This document shows, piece by piece, positions 1 through 9,898 of a stretch of 64,000 bases of DNA. Source of the DNA: Nitrospinaceae bacterium (GTDB taxonomy: Bacteria; Nitrospinota; Nitrospinia; Nitrospinales; Nitrospinaceae); NCBI GenBank assembly GCA_965237905.1, contig OZ250172.1, positions 2,944,001 to 3,008,000 on the forward strand, given 5' to 3'. The notes beneath the pieces were generated by a model. It saw only the letters and a list, made by a program, of their open reading frames with translations, had not been told where the DNA came from and made no database searches. Position numbers and translations under genes: made by a program. The first letter of the stretch is position 1. Each line of letters starts with the position of its first letter.

Positions 1-744
1 AAATAAGCTGACCCCATGAAAAAAAACGTTCATCAGTGGCCCGGATAGGAGAACGGAGCCGGTGGTTTCTTCAACTTGAAAATGGTTTTGTTTCAGTAAT
101 TTTACAATCCCATTCAGACTGAACCGTTGCCGGTGTGGGGAATTTGATAAGGTTGAAGGATGGGGTGGATGTTTAACCCGCTCTTTTAAAAATAATTTTT
201 TGAATTGGTAAATTACTTCCATTAAGCCGGTCTTTTCGAAGATGATTTTGAGGCCCAGCCTGTTCCAGATAAAAGAGTCCATTTCAAACCATCCAAATCC
301 ATTGGGAACCGTCACAAACAGTTTCCCGCCTGGATTCAGTCTGCCGTGAATCATTTTTAAAATTTGATGTACTTCATTTTTATCCAGATGTTCCAGGACT
401 TCAGACGCGATAATGGCGTCAAACTTTTTGTTCATGTCTTTCAAGTCCATGACATGCAGACGGTCAGGGTCGGCGCCTTCCTCCTTGAAAATATTGCGGC
501 CGTATTCAATGCTTTGGGTGTCCAGATCCAATCCCTGAATATTGTAGCCGAGTTTAAAAAGAGGGAGGCATATCATAAATCCCGTGCCGCAGCCGAGTTC
601 AAGGATGGAATCTTTTGGTGAGAGGTGGGAGACAAGCCAGGCCAGCCTCTTTGAAGAACCGTATACATTTTCCGGAACTAATTTTACAATCTCTAAACTC
701 AAGTCATCCTCGGCTCGGTTTGCTGTTTGTGTGGAAGTATTCAA
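1..744 (-). CDS. Class I SAM-dependent methyltransferase, 3' end outside window
   Basis: My translation of the minus frame from TTG 744 is open to base 1 and contains ILELGCGTG, GLDLD, FDAIIASEVLEHL and LNPGGKLFVTVPN. Not in the ORF track because it has no stop in the window. Confidence 0.85.
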   Translation of the reverse strand, partial: MNTSTQTANRAEDDLSLEIVKLVPENVYGSSKRLAWLVSHLSPKDSILELGCGTGFMICLPLFKLGYNIQGLDLDTQSIEYGRNIFKEEGADPDRLHVMDLKDMNKKFDAIIASEVLEHLDKNEVHQILKMIHGRLNPGGKLFVTVPNGFGWFEMDSFIWNRLGLKIIFEKTGLMEVIYQFKKLFLKERVKHPPHPSTLSNSPHRQRFSLNGIVKLLKQNHFQVEETTGSVLLSGPLMNVFFHGVSLF

Positions 745-787
745 AATAAATTATGAATTAAAGACGAGTTTGGGAAATTTGGAATCA

Positions 788-1549
788 TTATTTTTTAGCA
801 TTGATGGCAATAAAAAAAACCCAGGAAGAAGGAATGAAACGACGGATCCACTTGGGTAAGTTATTCAGTTCCGCTGGGGTGGTTATGGGGGTGCCTTCAA
901 ACTCGCTAAAGGCTGAAAATAAACTTTTAAGTTCGGGGACCGTATAAGCTTTGGTTCCTATACTTTCCATATGATTCCAGATCACATTGGCAAAGCTCCT
1001 CCACGGCTTTCCCTGGCGCAGGGCGTAGCTGTACCATACTTTGAGGGTGAACAGAGAGTATCTCCCATACATCATCCCAATAAAGGTTCCTCCTTTTTTA
1101 AGTACCCGGTGAATTTCGGCGATAATTTTATCGGGATATTCAGAATGGTGGATCACGCCCCAGGAATAGACCATATCAAATGAGTTGTTCTCAAAGGGAA
1201 GAGTTTCGGCATCAACTCTCTGTAAATTGGAATGGAGTCCATATATCTCGAGCCGGTGCCGGGTGGTTCCAATGGCTTCATCCGTGAGATCCACTCCATA
1301 ACAGTCGAGCCCCGCCCTTGCCCATTGCAGATGGTCGGTTCCGGCCCCGACTCCGACTTCGAGCAGTTTTTTGCCGTGATGCCGTGTGAATTGTGCTACT
1401 GAGTGAATGAAGGGTTCAAGTTGATAGCGATGGTGTTCCACCTTTTCAAACCATTCACGGGAAAATCTTTCTGTTTCACCGACCACCTTTTTCTGGGTAC
1501 CGCAGGCTTCCTGTTCCCAATAGGACCTTACGTCATCATTCAGAGCCAT
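788..1549 (-). CDS. Class I SAM-dependent methyltransferase (type 11)
   Basis: LLEVGVGAG, GVDLT, DAETLPFENNSFDMVYSWGVIHH motifs; ATG at 1549 (TTG 1552 alternative). Confidence 0.9.
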   Translation of the reverse strand: MALNDDVRSYWEQEACGTQKKVVGETERFSREWFEKVEHHRYQLEPFIHSVAQFTRHHGKKLLEVGVGAGTDHLQWARAGLDCYGVDLTDEAIGTTRHRLEIYGLHSNLQRVDAETLPFENNSFDMVYSWGVIHHSEYPDKIIAEIHRVLKKGGTFIGMMYGRYSLFTLKVWYSYALRQGKPWRSFANVIWNHMESIGTKAYTVPELKSLFSAFSEFEGTPITTPAELNNLPKWIRRFIPSSWVFFIAINAKK

Positions 1550-1890
1550 CAATTGTCTCCAATTTTAATCCGCAACATTCTTAATAGTATAAAGGTAGTT
1601 GACTTAATTGAAATATTTTTCACGCGAGAGAGCCAGAAGGGATTATTTTATAAAATACCATCAAACCCTCTAAAGGGTTCGCTTTACTTATTATAGATAT
1701 TTTAAGGGTAAATGAAGGGAAAGGTAAGAGGAATATTTTGACTCGATCGGATTATTTGCTCCAAGGCTCAGCTGAATGTCATCTTTTAAAATCTTAATTT
1801 TAAACAAGGATAAAAAAATACAGAGAATACTGTATTTAATCAAAGGAAAGTCCATTATAATAAGTTTATAATCGATAAACCTTCCGCTTA

Positions 1891-3420
1891 TTGCCTCACA
1901 TAATGGTCGATCGAACTAACTGGGAGATGAAATGGTTTAAAAGTGTATTTTTGATAGCGATCATTATCCTGCCCAATCTGTTTCCCCTCTATCAACTATT
2001 CCTTACAAAGGGCTATCTTTTTTATCAAAATGCCTTTGATGAATACAGCTACCTATCTTATGAAGCCGCTTCCTATGAGATGGGATTCTCAAGGTTCTCC
2101 AATCATCTGATTAAGTGGCTCCATGAATTGGGTTTTTCCTCTGGGTATATAAATTTTATATTCGATCTGGTCTGTCCAGGTGTAATCGCCTATTTCATTT
2201 TAAAAATTTTTATAATTCTAGGATTTGATAAAAACAGGTCCCTCTTGGCGGCAGTTTTGGTCATAATGATTCCCGTTTTGATTGGGGGATCAAACTCTTT
2301 TTATTCCAGAATACTTTATTCGACTCTTTCATCCGGATGGGTGTATTGGTTGGCAATGCCGGAAGCCTTTTATCCTCCATTTTACAGAACCCCCGAGCCG
2401 CAATTTTCGTACGTTTTGATGGTTTTGGCGATTTACTATTCCATTAAGCGAAAGACTTTTATCCCTCTTTATTTCGTAGCTCCATTTTTATATGGATTTT
2501 TAAGAGTGCCTTTCTTGTTTATCGTGTTCGCTTGTCATTTATCTGAAATTAATAAAAAACATAATTTCATCCGGATCAAATGTGCCAACTGGTTAATAGG
2601 CTTTATTTCTTATGCACTCGTATCAATGATGGTTGGACTGTATTATGAGTATGCATTAAAGGAAACTTTGAAGGCAGACTTTTTTCCTGCGACGAGACTT
2701 CCTATTTTCTCTGGAACTTTTGGAGTATGCCTGTTGATCTGGAAATTTTTGCCCCAGTATTCCAAGTGGGGGAATTCGGGTTTTTGTGCCTTCGTTGTGG
2801 CGGCGCCTTTGGCGGCGGCGAATACCCAGATTATTTCCGGTTTTATAGCGCAACCTATAAATTTTGAGCAAAATTTTGGAGTTATTTGTGTTTCCCTTTT
2901 GACGACTGTTTTTATTCTCTCCCTTAGGAAGCAAAAATGGATACTTCCGACTTTAAGCATTTTTGGAATTTTATTGGCAGTTATTTTTTCGATTCAAATT
3001 TTCCGTATCAATTCAAATCCAGTTTTGCTGGAAAAACCCCCAAAAAAATTGATTAAAGCACTGCATGAGGATTCGTTCAATGTGGTTTTTGAAAACAATG
3101 CTTTGGGGTCTACCATGAGCATGATATTACCCAAACAATCTTATACGGCTCTGGCGATTTCCCAAAGCTACGGTTTTGGAGCATCCAAATACTTTGGTAA
3201 ATACCTTTGTTTGAAAGAAAAAATCAAACAAGACCCTGAAAAATTTGAAAAATACAAGCCCGCTTTAATAGCTTTGGATGGTGGATATAAACACCTTCAC
3301 TCAGATTTTATTTTTATTCATCTTAATCGCCGTGATAATTTTCATGTATTTTTTGATGTGCATAGAAAACCGGAGAATTGTGATTCCAAGAAATTGTATT
3401 TTTATCCAGAGGACGATTGA
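1891..3420 (+). CDS. Polytopic membrane protein, possibly glycan-related (GT-C-like); start uncertain
   Basis: 509-aa ORF with many hydrophobic segments, visibly AT-rich, inside a glycan cluster on the opposite strand. Confidence 0.6.
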   Translation: MPHIMVDRTNWEMKWFKSVFLIAIIILPNLFPLYQLFLTKGYLFYQNAFDEYSYLSYEAASYEMGFSRFSNHLIKWLHELGFSSGYINFIFDLVCPGVIAYFILKIFIILGFDKNRSLLAAVLVIMIPVLIGGSNSFYSRILYSTLSSGWVYWLAMPEAFYPPFYRTPEPQFSYVLMVLAIYYSIKRKTFIPLYFVAPFLYGFLRVPFLFIVFACHLSEINKKHNFIRIKCANWLIGFISYALVSMMVGLYYEYALKETLKADFFPATRLPIFSGTFGVCLLIWKFLPQYSKWGNSGFCAFVVAAPLAAANTQIISGFIAQPINFEQNFGVICVSLLTTVFILSLRKQKWILPTLSIFGILLAVIFSIQIFRINSNPVLLEKPPKKLIKALHEDSFNVVFENNALGSTMSMILPKQSYTALAISQSYGFGASKYFGKYLCLKEKIKQDPEKFEKYKPALIALDGGYKHLHSDFIFIHLNRRDNFHVFFDVHRKPENCDSKKLYFYPEDD

Positions 3421-3500
3421 CCGATAAGAATGGGATTTTATTGTATAGGTATTCTCTGAAGCTGAGGATAATGGAATAAGGACCTTTTTATTCTGTTGAT

Positions 3501-5399
3501 TCAATTAAAATATTTTTTCCACCAGAGAGCCAGATTGAACAGGTACCAAGCCAGAGGGGTATTTCGATTTTTCATGAGTTTTTCAACCGTTGAGAAATTG
3601 AGATAATCGGTTTTTTCCGTAAATTCTTTTAACTCATCCAGTACCTGTGGTCCCAGTCGGTCTAGAAACCATTCGTGGATTGGGACGCCGAATCCCTGCT
3701 TTTTGCGGTCGATCAACTCATCCGGTATCAGACCCCGAACCGATTTCTTGAGGATATGTTTCAAGTTGCCATTTTTTGTTTTGACCGATTCCGGAATGCT
3801 CATCGCCAGTTCGACAAATTTGTGGTCCAGGAAAGGCACCCGGGCTTCCAGGCTGACCCCCATACTCATTTTATCCACTCGCATCAACAGCAGTTCCGGA
3901 AGACGCATATTGAGGTCCAAGTAGCTCATCCATTGCAGTGGTTTTTGTTCCCAGGCTTTTTGACGGAAACGGTCATAAATCGGTTTTAGTGCTTCCCATG
4001 AAGAAAAATTCTGAAAGCGCTTTTTAAGGCGCGGGGAAAGGAGGTCTTGTTTTTGCGCCTCCGTAAAGGCCTCAGCGCCACCCCAGAACACCGGCAAATC
4101 ATTAGCTCCCCGCCGGAGCCATTCGTAATATAAAGTCTTTTCCCGGCCCAGCAGGCGCAGTCCCGCGAGACCGAATTTTTTGAGAGGGGAGGGAACCGGC
4201 CAGGCATTTTTGTATTGCAGTTCCAGCATCAGTTTCCAGTTGGGGTAACCCCAGAACAGTTCATCGGCCCCCTCGCCCACCTGGCAGACAGTCACCCCAT
4301 TGTCACGCGCCAGCTTTGAAACATAGTATACAGGGACGCATACGGGGTCGGCGATCGGTTCATCCTGTAGATGAATCATTTCCGGTAAAAAATCGATCAA
4401 GTCGTCCAGGGTGAGCAGGCGGTCATGATATTCGGCTCCCACTTCTTCGGCCATGCGCCGGGCAAAATGGATTTCGTTTTGATAGCTTTCGTATTCTCCC
4501 TGGTAGCCGATTGAAAAGGTACGGATGGGTTTGGATTCCCCCTCTGAAAACAAAGCCGCATTGGTGCTGGAATCGACACCTCCGGAAAGAAACACCCCAA
4601 CCGGCACATCGCTTACTTTTCGTAACTGGACCGCGGTTCGCAGTTCCTCCAGTATGCGTTCGCTGATTTCATCTTCGGACACATCCGTAAGAGGTTGGGT
4701 GTGATCCCATACATCCCAATACTTGTATTCCTTCACCGTTCCATCGGCGGTCACCCGTAACCAGGTACCGGGTGCCAGTTTTTGTATTCCATCGAACAGG
4801 GTTTGCGGGCCGGGCGTCGTCAAAAATGATAGATAATGGTAAAGTGCTTCCTCGTTCACCGCCCGTTGTTGCTCAGGATCTTCCAGTAAGGCCTTGATTT
4901 CTGACGCAAAGGTGAGCCGACCATGATGAATACTGTAATACAGCGGCTTGATGCCGATGCGGTCACGGACCAGATACAATTCCTTCTTACGATTGTCCCA
5001 CAGGCCGAAGGCGAACATGCCGCGGAATTTGTGAAGCGCATCGATCCCCCACTTTTCATAAGCATGGAGGATGACCTCGGTATCGGAGTGATCCGTTTTC
5101 CACTGATTAAAACCATCTTTTATTAATTCGGAACGAATCTCAGCGTGATTGTAAATTTCGCCGTTGAAGGTGAGCCATAACGACCGGTCCGCATTGCACA
5201 TGGGTTGTGCGGCGGCTTCAGATAAATCGATGATGGACAAGCGTCTATGGCCGAAGCCTACTTTGCCGTTATCGGAAATCCAAGTTCCACAACCATCGGG
5301 ACCGCGATGGATCATGGTGTCTCTCATCCGTTCGATATAGTCCCTTTTGATTTCAAAAGAGCTATTTTTAAACGCGATGGCGCCGACTATTCCGCACAT
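3501..5399 (-). CDS. asnB: Asparagine synthase (glutamine-hydrolysing) family amidotransferase
   Basis: N-terminal MCGI nucleophile, HRGPD, GHRRLSIID, NGEIYN, LSGGVDSS, GEGADELFWGY, LEARVPFLD. Confidence 0.95.
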   Translation of the reverse strand: MCGIVGAIAFKNSSFEIKRDYIERMRDTMIHRGPDGCGTWISDNGKVGFGHRRLSIIDLSEAAAQPMCNADRSLWLTFNGEIYNHAEIRSELIKDGFNQWKTDHSDTEVILHAYEKWGIDALHKFRGMFAFGLWDNRKKELYLVRDRIGIKPLYYSIHHGRLTFASEIKALLEDPEQQRAVNEEALYHYLSFLTTPGPQTLFDGIQKLAPGTWLRVTADGTVKEYKYWDVWDHTQPLTDVSEDEISERILEELRTAVQLRKVSDVPVGVFLSGGVDSSTNAALFSEGESKPIRTFSIGYQGEYESYQNEIHFARRMAEEVGAEYHDRLLTLDDLIDFLPEMIHLQDEPIADPVCVPVYYVSKLARDNGVTVCQVGEGADELFWGYPNWKLMLELQYKNAWPVPSPLKKFGLAGLRLLGREKTLYYEWLRRGANDLPVFWGGAEAFTEAQKQDLLSPRLKKRFQNFSSWEALKPIYDRFRQKAWEQKPLQWMSYLDLNMRLPELLLMRVDKMSMGVSLEARVPFLDHKFVELAMSIPESVKTKNGNLKHILKKSVRGLIPDELIDRKKQGFGVPIHEWFLDRLGPQVLDELKEFTEKTDYLNFSTVEKLMKNRNTPLAWYLFNLALWWKKYFN

Positions 5400-6565
5400 C
5401 AGTTACTTGGACTCCAGGATCGGAGTCCGGCTTTGATGCGACTCAAAGCGCCTTGTTCCACGGCTTCATTCAAGCTGACCAACCCGTAAAAGAGAGATAA
5501 GGCCATATAACCCAAAATATATCTCCGGTGAGGCATGACCAGAATTCCGGGTGCAGTGGAAAAAAGAATAGCGATCAAAAATGCAGATTCCAAGGCCCAT
5601 TTTTTAGGGTAATAATAAGCGGCGATCAATCCCAAATTGGTCGAATATATAAGGTAAAACAGCATGACTCCTATTTTGGCGAAGACAGTTTTAAGAACGA
5701 AATTCTTATGAGACTGAATTAACCGGAAAACCTCCTCTTTTAGGATTTCTACATATTCCTTCGAATACATTTTGGTATCCGGAGAGATGGACCGGACTTT
5801 GTCGAAGGCAACCGAATCTTTGTATTCGATTCCCAGGGGATTGTTTAAATAACCGAAACCTATATAAATACTATGCCAGAGTAAATACCTTTGCTTCGCG
5901 GGTTGATAAGTTTCCGACTGTTGCGTCAGATAGTCATCTCGTTGTCCTGATAAATACGAATAGCATATGATGGGAACCAGCAATCCCAGGACAATGGCCG
6001 CTACAAGTTTAAGTTTTTCTTTCAAGGGATATTGAATGAGAAAAGCGATCGCAACGCCCATAAAAAGGACGAGGCCCGTCGCTCCATGCACCCGAATGGA
6101 ATGAGAGAACCCGATCGCCACTCCAGACAAAAAACCGATTCCTAGAAAAAAGGGGGTCCATTGTTTTTTATTGGAAAAATACAGGAACCAGGGAAGAACC
6201 GCCGCCACCGTTGCAGGGGGAACGCTGTAAACGGCTCCGCTATTGATGGAAATAATTCCCAGCCAGGCAAGACCCAGTAAAGTCAAGCTCCGGGTTACCC
6301 AGGAGCGAAACAATAGACACGCCCCTGCAAAACTCAGAACAAGTGAAAAGCCAATAACCCCGTAGTAAAAACAGGAAGCCGCTTGTTGCGCGTTCAGGTC
6401 TAATAAGCGAGCCACTAGCGGTATGAAATAGTACACTCCGATTTCATCAGTGACTCCCACCGGATTTAAACTTTTTCCGTTAAAATAGATTAAGGCCACG
6501 CCGGTTTGCTCGTATCCCTGAATGGTCTGATCGATTCTTTCCAATCGTGCGGGCATTAATTCCAT
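5399..6565 (-). CDS. Polytopic membrane protein of unknown function
   Basis: 388 aa with multiple TM-like stretches; TGATG stop/start overlap with asnB. Confidence 0.7.
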   Translation of the reverse strand: MELMPARLERIDQTIQGYEQTGVALIYFNGKSLNPVGVTDEIGVYYFIPLVARLLDLNAQQAASCFYYGVIGFSLVLSFAGACLLFRSWVTRSLTLLGLAWLGIISINSGAVYSVPPATVAAVLPWFLYFSNKKQWTPFFLGIGFLSGVAIGFSHSIRVHGATGLVLFMGVAIAFLIQYPLKEKLKLVAAIVLGLLVPIICYSYLSGQRDDYLTQQSETYQPAKQRYLLWHSIYIGFGYLNNPLGIEYKDSVAFDKVRSISPDTKMYSKEYVEILKEEVFRLIQSHKNFVLKTVFAKIGVMLFYLIYSTNLGLIAAYYYPKKWALESAFLIAILFSTAPGILVMPHRRYILGYMALSLFYGLVSLNEAVEQGALSRIKAGLRSWSPSN

Positions 6566-6715
6566 AACGTATTCTCATTGTTGGAAATAACTGCAATATT
6601 CATTGGTATCGGGTGGCAATGGAAAATTAGAGAAGGTCGAAAAAATATTTATATTTGGAATTGGGAATTGTCGGAACTCTTTGGTCGTTTGGAAGAATTG
6701 CCGTCAAGTAGAAAA

Positions 6716-8863
6716 TCAAACCTCTTTGGATTGAATCAATTCCTCAACCTGCAGGGCGATTTCTGTCGCCTGCAGTTGTTGCCATAGTGGAATGGGCCAT
6801 TCACCGCCTTTTTCCAGAGTCTCGGCGAATGCTTCCAGTTCACGCTTGTGCCCCTTGTCTGTCAACTTGCTCGTTACTCCCTTGGCATTTGCGCCATGAA
6901 TCCGAAGTTGTTTGTAGTCATCCAACATGAGTACTTTGCCATCCGAAAAAATTTCCATTTGCTCTTTGGGAAACTCGGCAGAACCCAACGCCGTGTAAGT
7001 CAAAGTGGCGACCGAGCCATCTTCAAATCCCAATGTGGCCGTAAAGTTATCGCGGGAGGAGTAATGATCTGTTTTCGGAACCAGTGATCGGGATTGCACG
7101 GAAACCACCTTGCTTTCGGTAAAAAACGTGAACAGGTCGTAAATGTGACAGGCTTCGCCCAAATTGCGCCCTCCGCCTTCTTCCGTGTGGACCCAATGGC
7201 CGAGAGGAATATATCCGGCGTTCATCCGGTAGTTGATGATCATGGGGTTTGTTCGATTTCCAATCAGCTCTTTGGCGCGTTGGGCAAAAGGAGAAAACCG
7301 GCGATTAAAACCGGTCAACAAAACAGGAGCCTGCTGATGGGTTTCATAAAAACGTCGAATCGTTTCCAGTTCATTACGGGTAAGCGCCAGGGGTTTTTCG
7401 ACCAGAACATGTTTGCCGGCCTGTAGCGCTTCGAGTGCCATGGAGGCATGTTGATTGTGGCGTGTGCCAATTAGAACGGCATCCACTTTGGGGTCATTTA
7501 AAATTTCCTGGTAATCCGTAGTGCAGTATTGTGCTCCTACTTGTTTGGCCGTATTTGAAGCGTTGCTCCCCGTGTGGCTGGATACCGCATGAATTTGATA
7601 GCGCCGGTTCAGGGCCTGAAGGTTGGGGATGTGCATTCCTTTGACAAATCCCCCCGCGCCTGCCAGTGCGATATTAATTTTGTCCGATCCCGATGCCAGT
7701 GCCGCAGGATTGGGAATGACCCGGTTGGGTTTTGCGTCTTCCTTGGATTCAGGATAGGAAAGCAGGACGATCATCGGTTTTTCTTTATCCTTTTTTAGGG
7801 TTTCATAGGCGGTTGCGGCCTGCGAAATCTCAAAAGAGGAATGAATCAACGGTTCGACATCTATTTTCCCTTCAGAGATCAAATTCAGATATTCTCCCAT
7901 ATTTCGGTTTTCAGTCCACCGCACGTAACCGATGGGATAATCCAATCCCTTTTCTTCATATTGAGGGTCATAGCGTCCGGGTCCGTACGAGGTGGAAATG
8001 AAAAAATCCAATTCCTTCGGAAAAATATCCTCGCGTTTGAGGTTAAGTCCAACATCCCCGACCAGAACCACGCGGCCTTTTTTGCGGCACATCTTGAAGG
8101 CATTTGAAATCACTTCATCGGAAGGAGAAGCGGCGGTAATAATAACTCCATCAACACCATCTCCATCGGTGAGGCGCAGGGTATGCTCGAGGTGGTTGTT
8201 TTCTTCAGGAGGAAGGGGAATATCCATTCCAAGGCTTTTGGCGAGCTCTATCCGGGAAGAATCCAGATCCGCCCCAATGACACGGCATCCATTGGCTCTT
8301 AACATTTGTGCCGTCAGCTGACCCATGATTCCCAACCCAATCACCGCGAAGGTTTCTCCCAGAGTCGGTTGTGCACGCCGTACCCCTTGCAAGGCAATGG
8401 CTCCCAGAGTCACCGTGCTGGCTACCGGAAGGCTGAGGTCCTTGGGTAAAGGAACGGCCAGATTTCGGGGAACACGGATGATCTCGGCGTGGTGGGCGCA
8501 TTGGGCACCCGCGCAAGCCACGCGATCCCCGGGTTGGATATTCTCGACCCCGTCTCCAACCTCAAGGACTATGCCGGATGCGGAATATCCCGTAGGACTT
8601 CCTTCAGCCAGTTTTCCCTGAATGACATTGCGGGTATGAGTTAAACCACGGGTGGCCGCCATCTCTATGGTGGATTTGACCGCTTTGGGATTTTTCAAGG
8701 CCCGTTTCCATAAAGGCTGGGAAGCGGATTTCAGGCCGCTCATTTCCGTGCCCGCTGAAATACTGGAGAACTTAACCCGGACCAGAAGGGTTCCGGGTTC
8801 CACCTGCGGAGCGGGAATGTCTTCCACTACGACCTGTCCTTGTTTTATCAGGACCTGTTTCAC
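6716..8863 (-). CDS. Bi-domain oxidoreductase (Zn-ADH-like plus Gfo/Idh/MocA), typical of LPS/capsule clusters
   Basis: ISAGTE, GYSASG, GLGIMG, STSYGPGRYD, RWTENRN, then EKPLA and GFNRRF. Confidence 0.92.
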   Translation of the reverse strand: MKQVLIKQGQVVVEDIPAPQVEPGTLLVRVKFSSISAGTEMSGLKSASQPLWKRALKNPKAVKSTIEMAATRGLTHTRNVIQGKLAEGSPTGYSASGIVLEVGDGVENIQPGDRVACAGAQCAHHAEIIRVPRNLAVPLPKDLSLPVASTVTLGAIALQGVRRAQPTLGETFAVIGLGIMGQLTAQMLRANGCRVIGADLDSSRIELAKSLGMDIPLPPEENNHLEHTLRLTDGDGVDGVIITAASPSDEVISNAFKMCRKKGRVVLVGDVGLNLKREDIFPKELDFFISTSYGPGRYDPQYEEKGLDYPIGYVRWTENRNMGEYLNLISEGKIDVEPLIHSSFEISQAATAYETLKKDKEKPMIVLLSYPESKEDAKPNRVIPNPAALASGSDKINIALAGAGGFVKGMHIPNLQALNRRYQIHAVSSHTGSNASNTAKQVGAQYCTTDYQEILNDPKVDAVLIGTRHNQHASMALEALQAGKHVLVEKPLALTRNELETIRRFYETHQQAPVLLTGFNRRFSPFAQRAKELIGNRTNPMIINYRMNAGYIPLGHWVHTEEGGGRNLGEACHIYDLFTFFTESKVVSVQSRSLVPKTDHYSSRDNFTATLGFEDGSVATLTYTALGSAEFPKEQMEIFSDGKVLMLDDYKQLRIHGANAKGVTSKLTDKGHKRELEAFAETLEKGGEWPIPLWQQLQATEIALQVEELIQSKEV

Positions 8864-8911
8864 GTCAATTTTTGGGTAGGGGTAAAAAAAACTCTAATTT
8901 ATCAAAGTGCA

Positions 8912-9898
8912 TTATTGGCCCCATCCGGAGGAAAGTTTGATTTGTTGGGACACATAAATACTGTCATCTTTCTTGACCAAACGAATATTCGTGTTTGTCA
9001 AAGAACCGATGACTTGTTGAATATTTTTTGATGGCTTGCTTTGGGGATCCTTGATTAAAAAAGGTTTCATCTCATCGATCGAATCCCGCACGTCATCGCT
9101 TTCGATCAGATAACCCAGAAACTTGACGTCGACATCCAGATATTTTTTGGCCAACTTCAACAGGTTCTCGCCCATCAGAATATCTTTTTGCCTCCGTACT
9201 CGATTGATCACCAGCCCCGGTCGGAATTCCCGGATAATCTCGTTGACCCGTTCCAATTTTTGCGGGTGCATTTCCTCCACTGTTTTTCGGAGGGCGTCAA
9301 TTTCAAAACAATCCTCCGCCATGCCCGGATTTTTGGAAAGGTCGATCAGGTGTTGAAGATCCGAACTACTTTTGAATTCCTGGCTGATTCTTCGAAACAA
9401 GGCGGCCTTGATAAAACTGAAAGACTTCATAATTGAAGTCATCTCCGGGGTAGACACCACGACATTTTCCCCGCCGATGTTGAAGTAATCAATGATATGG
9501 AAATTAGTGCCGGGACCCAGGTCCATTAAAATATGATCGGCATCGAGGCTTCTGATATAGGAGATAACTTTATTTTGGTTTTTGACATTGATGTCAGCAC
9601 TTCCCGGCATATCCCCGGCGCCACTCAAAAATTTCAGGTTGGTGATACCTGTATCGAGTAGCAACGCCTCTTCTCCGTTGGAGCCCAGGCGGCTGGGGTC
9701 AAAGTATTCTCGGAAGCCGTACTTGGGTGAACTGATTCCCAAAAGAGCGTGCAAGCTGGAAGCGCCGAAATCGGCATCTACGAGAATAACGCGTTGGCCG
9801 GTCAAGGCAAGGGTGACGGCCATATTGGCGCAGATCACGCTTTTACCAACGCCGCCTTTTCCTCCGCCTATCGCGATTATTTTGTTTTTAAAACTCAT
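8912..9898 (-). CDS. MinD/FlhG(FleN)-family P-loop ATPase
   Basis: Deviant Walker A GGKGGVGKS, DADFG, DLGPG, TPEMTS. Confidence 0.88.
   Translation of the reverse strand: MSFKNKIIAIGGGKGGVGKSVICANMAVTLALTGQRVILVDADFGASSLHALLGISSPKYGFREYFDPSRLGSNGEEALLLDTGITNLKFLSGAGDMPGSADINVKNQNKVISYIRSLDADHILMDLGPGTNFHIIDYFNIGGENVVVSTPEMTSIMKSFSFIKAALFRRISQEFKSSSDLQHLIDLSKNPGMAEDCFEIDALRKTVEEMHPQKLERVNEIIREFRPGLVINRVRRQKDILMGENLLKLAKKYLDVDVKFLGYLIESDDVRDSIDEMKPFLIKDPQSKPSKNIQQVIGSLTNTNIRLVKKDDSIYVSQQIKLSSGWGQ

Noticed and set aside
364..859. Plus-strand ORFs 364-621 and 584-859
   Set aside because: Shadows of the minus-strand methyltransferases.
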